Assembly: GCA_951406725.2 (NCBI GenBank)
Contig: OX597822.1
Location: forward strand, 43,544,001 to 43,606,000
Direction: 5' to 3'
Source of the DNA: Octopus vulgaris
Taxonomy: Eukaryota
DNA: 62,000 nucleotides
Numbering within the stretch: position 1 is the first letter of the stretch; each line of letters begins with the position of its first letter. The notes below the pieces were generated by a model. It searched no databases. It was given only the letters and a program-made list of their open reading frames with translations, and had not been told where the DNA came from. Positions 13,821 to 27,961 of the stretch are shown piece by piece. The translations under genes and the position numbers were made by a program.

Positions 13821-14632
13821 CGGACGTGCTGTCATTTCGGCTCCGAAGGTAATCGTTTATTTTGACTATTTATAGCCCATATTTTGTGTACATTTTTGTA
13901 AATAAGGTGTGTAAGGCACCCAACTTTCGTTTGAGTGCTTTTCCAAGGGAGGAATTCGCCCCTAGGGGCAGTTTCAACCCTATTTAATTTGTGTAATTTT
14001 CTTCTCGACATTAAAAAATGTCGAGAAATTTTATTGTAGAACGCTGGTCGCGTTCCTTTATGGACCAGCATTTAGCTCGTCTGGAAAGCTAGGAGAAAAA
14101 AAGAACTTATGCACGCAAAGTGCAAACCTGAATGACGTGGTAGTGAACGCTGCAACCACTTGCGGTAACAGCCCTGTCACCACTACCACCACCACTAACA
14201 ACAACAACAACGAGACTACTGCTGCTACCACCACCACCACCACCACCACCACCACCACCAACATAAATGATAAAAATGAAACTCACACGAATACTATTAA
14301 CAAAAACAACAACAACAAGAGCAACAATAAAATGAAATAAATATCTTACTATCTCATAGTGAAGACGTTAATATAAAAGAATCAACAACACCAGTAAATT
14401 TCGCTTACACTCTGCGTCAGAAAAAAGAAATAGTAAAATTTACGAATGAAGAGTTAATAGAAACGAGAGCACTCTTTACATCACAAGAGCAGGATTTAGT
14501 GCTGCATACACCTCAACACATAAAGGAACAAATAGAAAATAAGACAATTATACACAAAATTATAAGAAAAAACAAAAAAAACAAAATGAACAGATTACAA
14601 AAACGGACATAGAAAAGTGTTTAAAAAGCATA

Positions 14633-15244
14633 ATGAAAAAAAAAGAATATATAAACTGGGGTCCCCAGTTTAATACAGTGGTGGTCCGCTTCCATAACCA
14701 GGAAGTAGCAAAAGCTCACTCTACGGAGTCTTTGCAGAATGATGAGATCATTATGGTACCTTACTACAAAGGCCAGAGAGTGAGTAGAATTACTATTAAA
14801 AATGTACCCCCTGAGATTCCTAACAAATGGATAACAGGGGTAATCTGTTACCATTTGAAAACTATAGAGGCAGCAGTATACCAAAACGACAATTGGGGTG
14901 GAAAAACAATAGTAGTGACCATCCAGATTGAGGGGTCCTCAATCGAGAACCTACCTGATAGGATCCACTTAGAAAATGGACAAAGCCTATATGTTGTAGC
15001 AGAAGGCAAAAAGCCTAGATGCTACAACTGTGGCAGCCCAGAACATTTAATTGCCAAGTGCGCTCTGGCACAGAAAAAAAACAAGAAAGAACAAATCAGA
15101 AAACAAATAAAAAACCCTTGTTGCCAACACCAACACCAACACCAACACACTCAATTATGGAACAATGCCAAGAAAAACAACAAACCAGCAAACAAACCCC
15201 AAATACATCACCAAGAAAAAAACTACCAACACAATCGCTGTTGA
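14633..15244 (+). pseudogene. Tx1 ORF1 (gag-like) fragment with CCHC zinc knuckle
   Basis: CYNCGSPEHLIAKC fits CX2CX4HX4C; the surrounding ORF1 is broken by frameshifts and stops, and T/N/Q-rich repeats follow. Confidence 0.75.
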
Positions 15245-15975
15245 CGTCGCAACCAATTCAACATGCTGAACCAACAAAAAATAGACCAACACCAACACCA
15301 ACACCGAGGACGACAATTAAAAAGACAGAAAACAGTGACGAGAAGACAAATTCTACCCCTAACACTACAACAACACAAACACCGCACAAAACATCAAGAA
15401 TTTCTACAAGCATACATATTAACGCAAATGCTTTGCCTTTACCCCTTTCTGATTCGTCGGACGATGAAAGTTCGACGGAATGGCAAATAGCCACAGGGAG
15501 TAAAAGGAAAAGATCAAAAAAAGCCCACCAAACAAGGAAGTAAAGCAGGGAGATATTTAACTCCGGACAGCATCCCCCTAGACAATAAAAAAAATCAATG
15601 AACCCGCAAAACCACACACACAACTGACTGCAATAGACACAGACAATAAAAAATTAATGGATTACATTGCATCCAACACGGACATCTGTGAATATGACTT
15701 TAAGACAAACAATAATACGCGCACCACACCACCGAAACACATAAGAATTGTACACATAACACAAACACAACACCATACACTGAAAACAATATTTTCAAAT
15801 GCGGTAGGCGGGTTTCAACGATACCTCTCCAAAAAACTATACAAACACCTCATCAAAGACACTACAAAAGAAGAAGAAAAAAAATGAAACTTTCGAAATG
15901 AGTAAGTGACCTCCCCTCTTGCCTCTTGTCTCTTCCAATGTAGTGTGTGAAACGCAATTTTCGTAAACGTCAATT

Positions 15976-18900
15976 ATGCTTAAATTAGGTTGTGTGAATG
16001 TGCGTGGCTTGGCGTCGGCTTGGAAGCAAGGTTACCTTCTAAACGACATGAAGTCACTGAACGTGGATATAGTAGCTATCAGTGAAACTAGACTCAGCAA
16101 GCCGCGGGCCCTCGCGTCCATGTTTGGCGATCAATTTGACATTTATTTTTCTCCTTGTCTGCCGAACATGGGTGGTGGAGGTACCGCGGTGCTTTTTTGA
16201 AAGAGTCTAAATGTAAAAGTAAGAACAATATTCCTAGACCCGGAGGGTAGGCTGGTTGTCTTGGACGTGGATGGCAGAAATGGGTGTGCATTCCGTCTGA
16301 TGGCAGTTTATGCACCGCCCTTAACGGGTCGGGCGGATTTCTTCAGACGTCTAGAGGTTTCCTGGGTACGTCTAGACCTTTACTGTTAGTAGGGGATTGG
16401 AACGCTAGCTTGGACACGCATCTAGATTATGTGGGAATGGATAGGAATAGAAGGTGGTGTAAGTGCCTCAAAGACCTACTCAGACGTTTCCATTTGTCTG
16501 ACAGGTTCCGACTCGACCATCTGAACGTGCCAACGTGGACTTGGAAAAACCGCGTCGGATCGTCGAGATCTTATCTAGATAGAATTCTATGCAGGGCAGC
16601 GGATAGGGATAGTGTAGGATGTCCACAATTTAAAATAGTCAGCTACATAGATCACAAATTTGTGACGTGTACGCTCGACTTAGATAAGACACATAGACAG
16701 GGTCCCGGTTACTGGAAACTGAACACATCGCTCTTAGCGCGACAGGTTTACAGGAATCGGATTAGCGAGTTAATTAAGAGGGCGCTGACGGGAGCCGTCG
16801 TTAACAACCGCTGGTGGTACGCCCTGAAAATGGCAATAAAATCGGAATCAATTAGGTTTAGCAAGGAATTAGCGATAGATCGAAATAGGGTAGAGGGAGA
16901 CCTGGTTAAGAAACTAGAAGACGCACTTACCACTGGCAGCGCAACCAACGTGCTGGCTGCGAGGATGGCCCTCGACCAACACCTCAACGCCAAGCACGAG
17001 GGTTGGGTTGCGTCGTCAGAGCTAAAATGCGTGCCTTAAGGAACGAAGGGATCGAAGCTGCGCGAGATGCCCGGGTAGCGGAGGCGCAGCGTGGTAACAG
17101 AGCCACCATTCGGTCTCTAATAGATCAACAGGGATGCAGTTTACTCGAACCCGAAAGGATGTGTAAGGCCTTTCAACAACACTTTGCTCGACTGTTTGGC
17201 GCGAGTGGTGGGTCGGAACGCGGGATGGATTTCAGTGCCTACCTGACCGACCTGCCGCGGCTTTCGGCAAGAGAAGCGGAGTGTTGTGAAAGTCACATCA
17301 CAGCTGCTGACGTGCGGGAAGCGATGGCGGGCTGCGTGAGGGATAAGTCACCTGGATTGGATGGTTTACCCTACGAGCTGTATTTTCAAATGCCAGACTT
17401 GTTTGGCGACCTCTTGGCATCAGTCTACTGCAACTGGCAACAAAACGGGAGAATCCCCGGTTTCGTGAGCCGAGGTGCAGTGACGTTGCTGAAGAAAGAC
17501 CCAAACAAGGGGAATTTTATAGATAATTTCAGGTCTATCACTCTGCTCAACGCAGATTTGAAAATTTTGGCCAAAGTAATAGCCGAGAGGTTGGCGCTTG
17601 TCATTGGTAAACTGGTCGACAGGGCGCAAACATGCGCCGTGCCGGGCAGAACCATACATGACAACCTCCATCTGATGCGCTACATTGTGGACAGGGTAGT
17701 TAAGGATCCTGGCATGGGTGGGGCGCTGATCATTTTGGATCAGTCTAAAGGCTTCGATAGGGTCGACCATCGGTACTTGGCGGCCGTCCTCAGGGCGGCT
17801 GGCTTCGGTCCCGTCTTCCGCGGTTGGATCGCTGCCTTGTATAGCGGCATCCGATTGGTGATTCGGGTGAACGGTCACTTGTCGAAACCGTTTGACATCA
17901 CGCGTTCGGTCCGTCAGGGGTGTCCCCTGTCGGCGCTTCTGTATGTATTGACTCTCGAGCCGCTACTACGGAAGCTAATGACACTGAGGGGCATCCCACG
18001 GGAACTGGGTTGCGGGAAGAGCGTGTCGGCATATGCGGACGATGTCACCGTCATAGTGTCGAGCGACAAACACATCCAGATAATAGGCGAGACACTAAAA
18101 AAATACGAAACGGTGACGGGAGCGAAGATTAACCCGGAAAAGTCAGTGGGTTTGCTACTCGGCACCTGGAGAAGCAAGCCATGCCGTCCGACTGCGGCTC
18201 AGTAGTGGGACGCTGGACGGACAAACCGGTTAAATTGCTCGGGGTCTGGTTCAGTCCGAACCTCCAAATGGAGAAGAACTGGGACGAGATCACGAGTAGA
18301 GTGGTCGCTCTCAGCCAAACATGGGCCGAGAGAAAGCTGTCTCTAAAAGGCCGGGCGGAGGTGGCGAACGCGTACATCGCATCCGTCATCGATTACCGCC
18401 TGACCGTCGTACCTTGTCCCGACGCCACCATCACCAAACTGGAACGCATACACTTCCGCTTCCTGTGGAAGGGTGGCGTTCCGATGGTGAGGAAGTCCAT
18501 TTGCTGTTAACATCCATTGAATGGAGGACTGGGCATGCCGTGGTTGATGATGCGCAGGCATGCGCTGAGACTGCGACATCTCTGGAACTTCATCGACGAC
18601 GGTGAACAGGTGTGGGCGCCGTTTGTGAGGCACGCTTTCCCGCAGCTCGTCTCACTGACCGAACTGCAAACGTGGATCAAGAAGAGACCGAAACTGGGCG
18701 ATTGGCACCGAGAGTGTCGCCAAGCTCTACAGCAGCTATGCCGACCGGGGTCAAACTTGTGCAACTTACAAACGACTAAAGCGTTCTATAGAGGACTAGT
18801 GGAGGGGAGGTCCGACGACACACTCGGGGCAAACCTGGGCGTCGACGAGAAATTCCTAACCCGCCTGTTCATGACGACGTTCGGGCCGGGGCCTATGGAT

Positions 18901-19419
18901 AACTTCCAGAAATCCCTGGCTTGGCAGTGCTATCGAGACGCACTACCTCTTCAAGAGAAGAGCTACAGGCACGGTTCGAAAACCATCACAGGACCGACCT
19001 GCCCGAGATGCGGTCAGAGCGACGAAACCGTTCTGCACGCACTCGTGCAGTGTCCAGATATTTCGGAGCTGTGGACCTTCGTCGAACAGCTGTTGTCACG
19101 TGTAGGTCGGGCCCGCCTATCGGCCGAGTCTGTCTTGAGTATTGTTCCACCATCTTCCTTTAAACGGGAAGGGAAAACGGTTTTCGTTACGCTGATGGCT
19201 ATGGCGAAAGAATGTGTGTGGTGGACGCGTTTGAAAGGACTGCAAACAAACACCTTCCTCTCTGGTCAGTCTCTCGTCAACTTTTTCAAGTACCACTTGA
19301 AAAGGAGGATGAGAATAGAGAGGAAGGCTTTGTCGAACGAATGTTCTAATAAAAAGTGGGTAAAAGTGGCAAAAATGGTCAGTATGAAAGACGACACTAT
19401 TATAAGCATAAATCTGTAA
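15976..19419 (+). pseudogene. Tx1 ORF2 (AP endonuclease, reverse transcriptase, zf-RVT), frameshifted
   Basis: MLKLGCVNVRGL..ISET (EN); GDWNA, YLDRI, DHK (EN); KSPGLDGLPYE, QGCPLS, YADD (RT); CPRCGQSDETVLHALVQC. Split over ORFs 15976, 16284, 17003, 18181 and 18517. Confidence 0.92.
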
Positions 19420-19535
19420 CCAAAAGAGACAACGAGAAGTAAGGCGACTTACTCATGTGTTGGTTTTCGAACTGTCTGAGGCGACCTTGGTCTTTTTTGT
19501 AGGGTTTTCTTTCCAAGGCTACACCTAAACTGTGA

Positions 19536-19578
<43 letters not shown>

Positions 19579-19725
19579 CCTTTTTATACACCACACAACC
19601 CACAGATCCCTATTGATCAAACGTTTTTTTTTGTGCCCCACCCTTCCCACCTCGAAAAGAAAAAATTCTACATTGTATTTCGTCCATTTTTATTGTGTTT
19701 AGCCCTGTGTGGCTACAATAAAAAG

Positions 19726-19812
<87 letters not shown>

Positions 19813-19854
19813 GTGTGTGTGTGTGTGCGATTATATATATATAAATAAATATAA

Positions 19855-19956
<102 letters not shown>

Positions 19957-20564
19957 CACTGTGTGCTAAGAAGTTTGCTTTACAACCATATGGTTCTTGT
20001 TTCAGTCCCATTTCGTGGCATCTTCGGCGACGTGCCTACCAAAGCCTTGTCACTGTTTATGTGGAAATTATGCGTGCTTGTTGGTATTTTTCGGGTTTTC
20101 AGATCAATGCCTCGGATCTCATCAAGCGTCCAATCAAGCAACCCAAATGTTGGTATGTGTTTTGTTTTATTGGATGCAGAGACTTCTGAAGTCCAAATTT
20201 TCTTTATTCAGCTGTAATATTCTTTAGTGACATGTATTTTGTTACAGGTGCCATATGTATGATATATCTTCATCTACCCCTAGGCACTTGTAACATTCCT
20301 TGTAAAAGATAAAAAATCCATATATATATACATATATAAAAGACAGGATGTGTGTGTGTGTACGTGAATGTAATTTATGCACGTCCACAAATTAGTACGC
20401 ATGTCGCTCCAATTTTAGGAGGACATTCGTCATGAACCTTGATGTATTTTCGTCAGCGAATAGCCGTAAAAATAAATTTTCAACATAAACTTTTAACAAT
20501 TTTGAAGTCGGAAAAATCACCATTGTTTACAAACAGGAGTTAAGTCCCCTTGTAGCGACGAGTA

Positions 20565-20712
20565 AGTTTGTCTACCAAGTCCACTCACAAGGCGTTGGTC
20601 GGCCCGAGGCTATAGTAGAAGACAGTTGCCCTAGGTATCACACTGTGGGACTGAATCCAGAACCATGTGGTTGGTAAGCAAGCTACTTACCACTTTGCCA
20701 CTCCTGCGTCTG
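20565..20712 (-). mobile_element. SINE family A head
   Basis: Reverse complement of the family A head. Confidence 0.8.
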
Positions 20713-21295
20713 AATGTCAAAGCCTGCGAAGATAACTATTCACTCATGGATTACGTAGCAGCGGGAATGGAACATTTGAACATTCATTCTGGAATGATCA
20801 TATTTTTTAGTTGGAGTCTGAAGAGACGTATTTAGAATGGATGTCCAAGAAATCGATGGTATTCTTTGGTAGTGATGTGAATCCGACTTTTAAACCCGTT
20901 TTAATAGAATTTCTTGCCCCCTTGGGTGTATTTAAGAGGGCCGTCACTCTGTTGCAAACACGTTCGTAGGATAATTAGTTCACTTTGTTTCACCGGTCTC
21001 CGAGGTTTTGAAGATGATCACAAGTGGGAAAATGTCCTTCTGATTAATTCTTTGCATAAAAAAATACAAAACAAAAAAAAAACAAAAGAAAAAACAAATA
21101 AGTCAAAAACAACAAGGAAACATCTTTGTCAACAGCATCGTCACCACCAGTTCCCACATAACTAGGGAACACAACAGCAAAAACAACATTAACAATAACT
21201 TGAAAAATATAAATGTTCTTTTATACATTTCTTTCTCGGCGTTTTTTTAAATTTAAATTAATATCTTTGGTTCTCGAAAATTCTTTGACGTCATG

Positions 21296-21336
<41 letters not shown>

Positions 21337-21741
21337 TGAATTCAAGCATATATACATATATGTGTGTGTGTGCATCAAGGTGTGAGTGTGCGTGCAGGTA
21401 TTTGTGTGTGTGTCTATGGATGTGTGCTTGTCTTCATTTTCTTTACCATAATGAGATTGGCTATTTTGTATTTTCTTGTGTGGCATCCAGCAATCGCAAT
21501 TGTAATTGATGGGGCGTTTACAACTATACATCCATCATAACACGGGTTGTTGTACGTGTTTATATACATGCATATATATACATATATATACACACATATA
21601 TATACATCCATCCATATATATATACATATATATAAATACACACACAAACACACAAACACACACACATGCACACACACATATATATATATGTCTGGTTGTG
21701 TGTGTATCTGCAGATATTTTTGCACGTGCGTTTATATGTAA

Positions 21742-21821
<80 letters not shown>

Positions 21822-21903
21822 ATATATATATATGTATGCATATATATATATAAATATATATATGTATATATATACATATATATATAATATAAATATATAT
21901 ATA

Positions 21904-21963
<60 letters not shown>

Positions 21964-22078
21964 ATATATATAACGAGAGCTAGACGTGTACATGCATACA
22001 CACATACATACATCGACGGAGCGAGTGATTACTTTTGTACAAAGGTATCTACATATGTATCTATATATGTATGCATCC

Positions 22079-22119
<41 letters not shown>

Positions 22120-22276
22120 GTGTATGCAATTGCGTAAATGTTTGTGTGCTTATGGCCATCAGTGTTTCCGTCAACGCACGCATGTGTTCATTTGCATGTA
22201 CATCAATGTGTACGGATATCCATGGATCATAGTTAAATACATATATACATATACACACATACACATGCACACAGAC

Positions 22277-22355
<79 letters not shown>

Positions 22356-22453
22356 CATACACATATATACACTAAGTTATTTCCTTGTATGTGACTACTC
22401 GTATAATCACATAAAGACTGTGATACACGCACAGACAAACACACACATACACA

Positions 22454-22535
<82 letters not shown>

Positions 22536-22539
22536 TATA

Positions 22540-22583
<44 letters not shown>

Positions 22584-22894
22584 TATAGATTCATTCACTC
22601 ACACACACATTACAAAGTGAAAAGCAATATTTTGTACGACATTCGGAAGTTTATACGTTTTTTTCTTTCTTCTTTTTCTTTAGAATGTTTAAGACAAAAT
22701 TCTCCTGCTGATTATGTATCCATGGCTAGCTGACTAAAGTAATTTTGAAATGGATGTTTCCACACCTCCGCGCACATTACATACACCTCACATATTCCAC
22801 GCATTCCACGTACATTCCGAATCCTCTATCATACCTCCACATCACACCTCACGCACACGTACACATACACATGTACACAGCTCGTGGCCGCCAC

Positions 22895-23045
22895 ACACAG
22901 GCAGCGAACTTGGCACAGTTGCTTAGAGCTGGATAAAATGTTTCGCGTCATTTAGTTCCGACTTTCTCCGCTGTGTGTTCAATCCTGCTCAGGTTCGCTC
23001 TGCCTTTCATTTCATCCTCGCGGTTTCGATAAAATCCGTTCCAAA
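22895..23045 (+). mobile_element. degenerate Deu/Nin-domain SINE
   Basis: Weak match (TGCCTTTCATTTCATCC..GGTTTCGATAAAAT). Confidence 0.4.
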
Positions 23046-23114
23046 CCTCGCCGGTGTGTTAGTGGAACAGTAAGAATGTTAGGAATTTTGATTCTATTGT
23101 CTCAGCTGTATTGA

Positions 23115-23310
23115 AGGCGTGTGCTCCAGTGGCTAGATTATTGCACTCTCGATCCTATAGTCGTGGTTTCGATACCCGTGCCAGTCAGTGCTTTGTTTTC
23201 TTCAGCAAAACACTTATTTTCACGGTACTCCAATCCATTCATATATGAAAAAATTCTTGAAATACCTGGGAAATTAGATCCGCGATGGACTGGCGTCACG
23301 TTCAGGGGCG
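23115..23310 (+). mobile_element. degenerate tRNA-headed SINE of another family
   Basis: A/B-box-like head (CTCCAGTGG...GGTTTCGATACCC) and 3' motif CCGCGATGGACTGGCGTCACGTTCAGGGG. Confidence 0.4.
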
Positions 23311-23925
23311 TTAGTGTTGTAATCTTGGACACTGGGTGCAGCTTCAGCTTTTTGGAACAGTCTAAAAGTCTAAAATTCTAAATTCTCTGATTTTATTTCA
23401 AACACTGCCGAGCTTAGTTTCCTTTTCATTTCCTCCTTTCAGCATCCGAAAGATGGCGCCGGTCCGTGGTAGGGTTAGGGTTCGTGGAAGTGGAAGTTGC
23501 GCATGGTACCTTGCGGTATATGTTCCATCTCTACCTTCATACACTGAAACTCACGATTGACTACAGGAATGGTAAGTCTAATCAGTTGCTAGCTAGCTTT
23601 AAACACCGGTAAGTGGTAACTGGGGTACATGTAGCAGGAGTCACTCTCTTGCGAACCTGTCAGGCCCAGGTCTAAGTCATGAAAATACTCCAACCACTCT
23701 CTGCATCTTCCCGATTTACTAGAAAATAAATTACGCATCGTAACCCCAACATCTACGCGGACAAACCTGCTCCCCACACAACCATATATCCTTCGTTTCT
23801 TCACAGCAGTAGCATACTCTTACTCCTGCTCCTCAGTGAGATCCACCGTTGGATCTCACTCATAACTGCAGCCCAAAATTAAGACTATATAATGGTGACA
23901 ATTTACCCATCGCACCCTTGATATG

Positions 23926-23983
<58 letters not shown>

Positions 23984-24071
23984 TATATATGTATATATAT
24001 ATATATATGTGTGTGTGTGTATGCATATATATTTATATATATATATGTATATATATATATAAATAAATATG

Positions 24072-24108
<37 letters not shown>

Positions 24109-24117
<9 letters not shown>

Positions 24118-24740
24118 AAGTAAATAAATGGTACAACGAAGTACCAATATTTACTGGAAAATAGCGATCGTAATAAATACGACGCTATTGTATATCTTCA
24201 CTGCGTATATACTAGCAAAGACGTGTGTGTTCAACAAACATGAAAAAAATTTGTCTCACCTCTAGGAAGAACATCTGAAAAACCTAGAAACGGATAATAC
24301 AGGACCGGTTTCAGACTCTTCAAATACGTTTGACAACGTAGATTTGATTTGTCCACATCAGCTGCATATACCTAGACAAAATTTCAAATGTTGCCACATC
24401 TATGCTAGTACACTCGTCTGAACGCCAAAACGTTAACAGAACGAGAACAGTGAAGAAGTTTCAATGAAAATAGTAATGCAATACGAAAGTATTGCTTTCC
24501 AGTAAAATATAGCCCGTAATGGTAAAATTATACATATAAAAGTAAATAAATGGTACAACGAAGTACCGATATTTACTGGAAAATAGCGATCGTAATAAAT
24601 ACGACGCTATTGTATAGCTTCACTGCGTATACACTAACAAAGACGTGTGTGTGTAAGAAACATGAAAAAAATTTGCCTTACCTCTAGGAAGAACATCTGA
24701 AAAATGAAAAACCTAAAAACGGATAATGCAGGACCGGTTT
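24109..24740. repeat. 422-bp partial tandem repeat (about 1.5 copies) abutting (TA)n
   Basis: TACATATAAAAGTAAATAAATGGTACAACG at 24109 and 24531; similarity runs to CAGGACCGGTTT (24311 and 24740). Confidence 0.85.
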
Positions 24741-24754
24741 ATAACACATTTGCT

Positions 24755-24816
<62 letters not shown>

Positions 24817-25718
24817 TGTGTGTGTGTGTGTGTGTAACATACGTTGATTTGCTGTGGTCTTTTATCAAGGCAAGTTTACACTACGGTAATTTCTGTTTCG
24901 AGAACTCTATTTCTCACCGGGCGGTGTTGAAAGAAAAAAATCCTTATGTTCAGCAGGAATTACGTTGGTTTGAATATAGCAGGTGTCTGGAACAGATAAA
25001 TGAACCGCAAATTTTTATAACGAAATTGATGAAACTGTATTGTGAAGGAAAATCATTAATTTCATCGGAGCACAAAACACACATATATACGTACATACCT
25101 AAGAACTTACACATATACACACCTACAAATGTGTTAGTGTATGTGTCTAATATATGTGAACATATACATTAAAGCACGTATACATACGCGAATAACGCCT
25201 TCATCAGTATCGCCACTTTAATAATAAATCTCTGCATTATTTTCGAATCCGTGGTTATTTTAGTAATAAAACTAATCATCGTAATTATAATAATTATAAT
25301 GGTTATGTTTATAATTATGTATCATATATTACAAATCAATATTTGGGTTATAAAATTGTATTTTTTATTCTAATGTACATAATAATATTGCATTTGTATT
25401 CTTTATGCAATCCCCAAAATTATTGTTTTCCGCATCATGTATTAAGCCTGCTATTTACGGATGTTCCCGGCTGTCGGTTGCACTATGTGTCTGCTTCGGT
25501 GTCCCCGGGGCGACTGGAAGAAGCGTTCAGCGCACGCATCAGAGACGCAGACGTCATTAATGTTAGAGAACATGGGTAATAGTAATGTATGAACACACAC
25601 ATACACACACAAACACGCAAACAATTATATACGTTGTGAAGAAGTGCTCAATATTACATATATATATATATATATATATATGTATAGGCGCATCACTTAT
25701 AAAGTTATATATATATAT

Positions 25719-25873
25719 AGCTTGCTTACCAACCACATGGTTCCGGGTTCAGTCCCACTGCGCGGCACCTTGGGCAAGTGTTTTCTACTAGAGCTTCGGG
25801 CCGACCAAAGCCTTGTGAGTGGATTTGGTAGACGGAAACTGCAAGAACCCCGTCGTATATATATATATAAATA

Positions 25874-25915
<42 letters not shown>

Positions 25916-26146
25916 TGTTTGTGTGTGTGTCTGTGTGTATATGTTTGTGTGTCTGTGTTCGTACGCCCAACATCGCTTGACAACCGATGCAGGTATATTT
26001 ACCTCCCGGTAACTCAGCGGTTCGGCAAAATAGACCGATAGAATAGTACTAGGCTTACAAAGAATAAGTCCTGGGGTCGATTTGCTCGACTGAAGTCGGT
26101 GCTCCAGCATTGCTGCAGTCAAATGACTGAAAGAAGTAAAAGAAAA
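25719..26146 (+). mobile_element. SINE family A (head, (TA)n(TG)n linker, tail)
   Basis: Head, linker and tail motifs all present. Confidence 0.85.
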
Positions 26147-26229
26147 ACGAATATACCTGCAAAGAAATGTCCGGCACGGCCGCGGTCTGATGACCTCCAG
26201 TACGTAGTTTTTCAAAGCCTGCTACTTAC

Positions 26230-26522
26230 TGTATCGCTCTGTTATGCCGAACCAGTAAGTTACAAGGAAGTAAACGCATCAACACCAGTTGTCAAGCATC
26301 CGCACACATACACCCACATACACCCACATACACACACATACACACATACACAGACACAGACACAGACACAAATATTCAGGACGGTTTTCTTTCAGTTTCT
26401 GACAATTTTGTTCGGTCCCGAGGCTATAGTAGAAAACACTTGGCCAAGGTGCAACGCAGTGGGACTGAACTCCGGACAATGTAGTTGGAAAGCAAGCTTA
26501 TTACCACACAGCCACGCGCCTA
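26230..26522 (-). mobile_element. SINE family A, degenerate, tail-to-tail with previous copy
   Basis: Reverse complement of head and part of tail. Confidence 0.7.
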
Positions 26523-26866
26523 AGCTGGAGCAACGTATTTTTTGATGAATGTAGCGACTACATTGTTATTTTTTAAAGTTATTCTATCAGATGGAAAGAC
26601 AAGCACAACACCAAAAAACAACAGTCAACAGCACCATCACCACCATCACCCACATAAGTCGGAAACACCTCAACCACAATAACAATAACAACATCCCTTG
26701 TGAGTTACGGGGACGTGGACACCCCAGCGATGGAGGAGAAGAGAGAGGGCACTTGTGTTTCATGTTCGAGGGTGGTGGAGTTGATGGTGTTAACGTCGGG
26801 TAGTGGTCAAGGCGGTGGTAGTGTTGGTAGTAGTGATGATGTTGGGGGTGGTTTGTACTGGCTGCG

Positions 26867-26953
<87 letters not shown>

Positions 26954-27311
26954 TATATACAAACACAAGTATATTCATCTTTGTCTGTCTGTCTCAGTAC
27001 ACACACATAGACACACACACACACACACACACACATGTATATGTATGTATACGTATATTTATTACGTATAAATAATAAGCAGAAATGAATGTCTAGTTTG
27101 AATGAACACTACATGGGTTTCAACAGCGTGGTTGAATTCAAATATTGAGTCCATTACATAATTTATTAGGCAACATTATGTATATTTGTATTGTTATACG
27201 CCAGCTAGCTCATCGGGTGGTATATTCTACCGACTATTTTGACGAGCACATATACATACAAAAACTTAAACATATATATATATATATATATATATAGGTG
27301 TATATATATAT

Positions 27312-27374
<63 letters not shown>

Positions 27375-27376
<2 letters not shown>

Positions 27377-27600
27377 CAATGGCCTAGTGGTTAGGGCAGC
27401 GGACTTGCGGTTGGAGGATCGCGGTTTCGATTCCCAGACCGGGCGTTGTGTGTGTTTATTGAGCGAAAAACACCTAAAAGCTCCACGAGGCTCCGGCAGG
27501 AGGTGGTGATCCCTGCTGTACTCTTTCACCACTCTAAAGGCGGTGCTCCAGCATGGCCGCAGTCAAATGACTGAAACAAGTACAAAAAAAAAAAAAAAAA
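27375..27600 (+). mobile_element. chimeric SINE: family B head joined to family A 3' end
   Basis: 27375-27535 matches family B (compare 9130-9304); then AAAGGCGGTGCTCCAGCATGGCCGCAGTCAAATGACTGAAACAAG (family A tail end) and poly(A). Confidence 0.75.
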
Positions 27601-27731
27601 AAAAAAAATATATATATACATACATATACGCCTACATGTGTACATTCATACGTGTATCCATATATGCGGAATAATGTCCATAACTTTCAAAGTGATGCAA
27701 TACTGCATTAAGCAATATATATAACTTTATT

Positions 27732-27892
27732 CAGGCGTAGGAGTAGCTGTAGTAAGTAGCTTGCTTACCAACCAAATGTTTCCGGGTTCACTCCCACTTC
27801 GTGGCACATTGGTCAATTGCCTTCTAATATAGCCTCGGGCCGACTAAAGCATTGTGAGTGGATTTGGTAGACGGAAACTGAAAGAAGCCATC

Positions 27893-27895
<3 letters not shown>
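27732..27895 (+). mobile_element. SINE family A head (tail probably at 29740-29950)
   Basis: Head motif followed by (TA)n. Confidence 0.8.

Positions 27896-27956
<61 letters not shown>

Positions 27957-27961
<5 letters not shown>

Larger units (their letters stand above)
13821..19727 (+). mobile_element. Tx1-clade LINE copy B, probably full length (about 5.9 kb), inactivated
   Basis: Starts immediately after (TCTA)n; putative 5' UTR; ORF1 with zinc knuckle; ORF2 with APE endonuclease, RT and zf-RVT; ends AATAAAAAGAT then TATC repeats. Confidence 0.9.

Noticed and set aside
23450-23870. GC-richer patch with AAGATGGCGCC, one GGTTAGGGTT motif and an 11-bp hairpin at 23835-23860
   Set aside because: The ATG frame closes after 35 codons, a single TTAGGG is not a telomeric array, and there is no Helitron-type terminus after the hairpin; no class can be supported.
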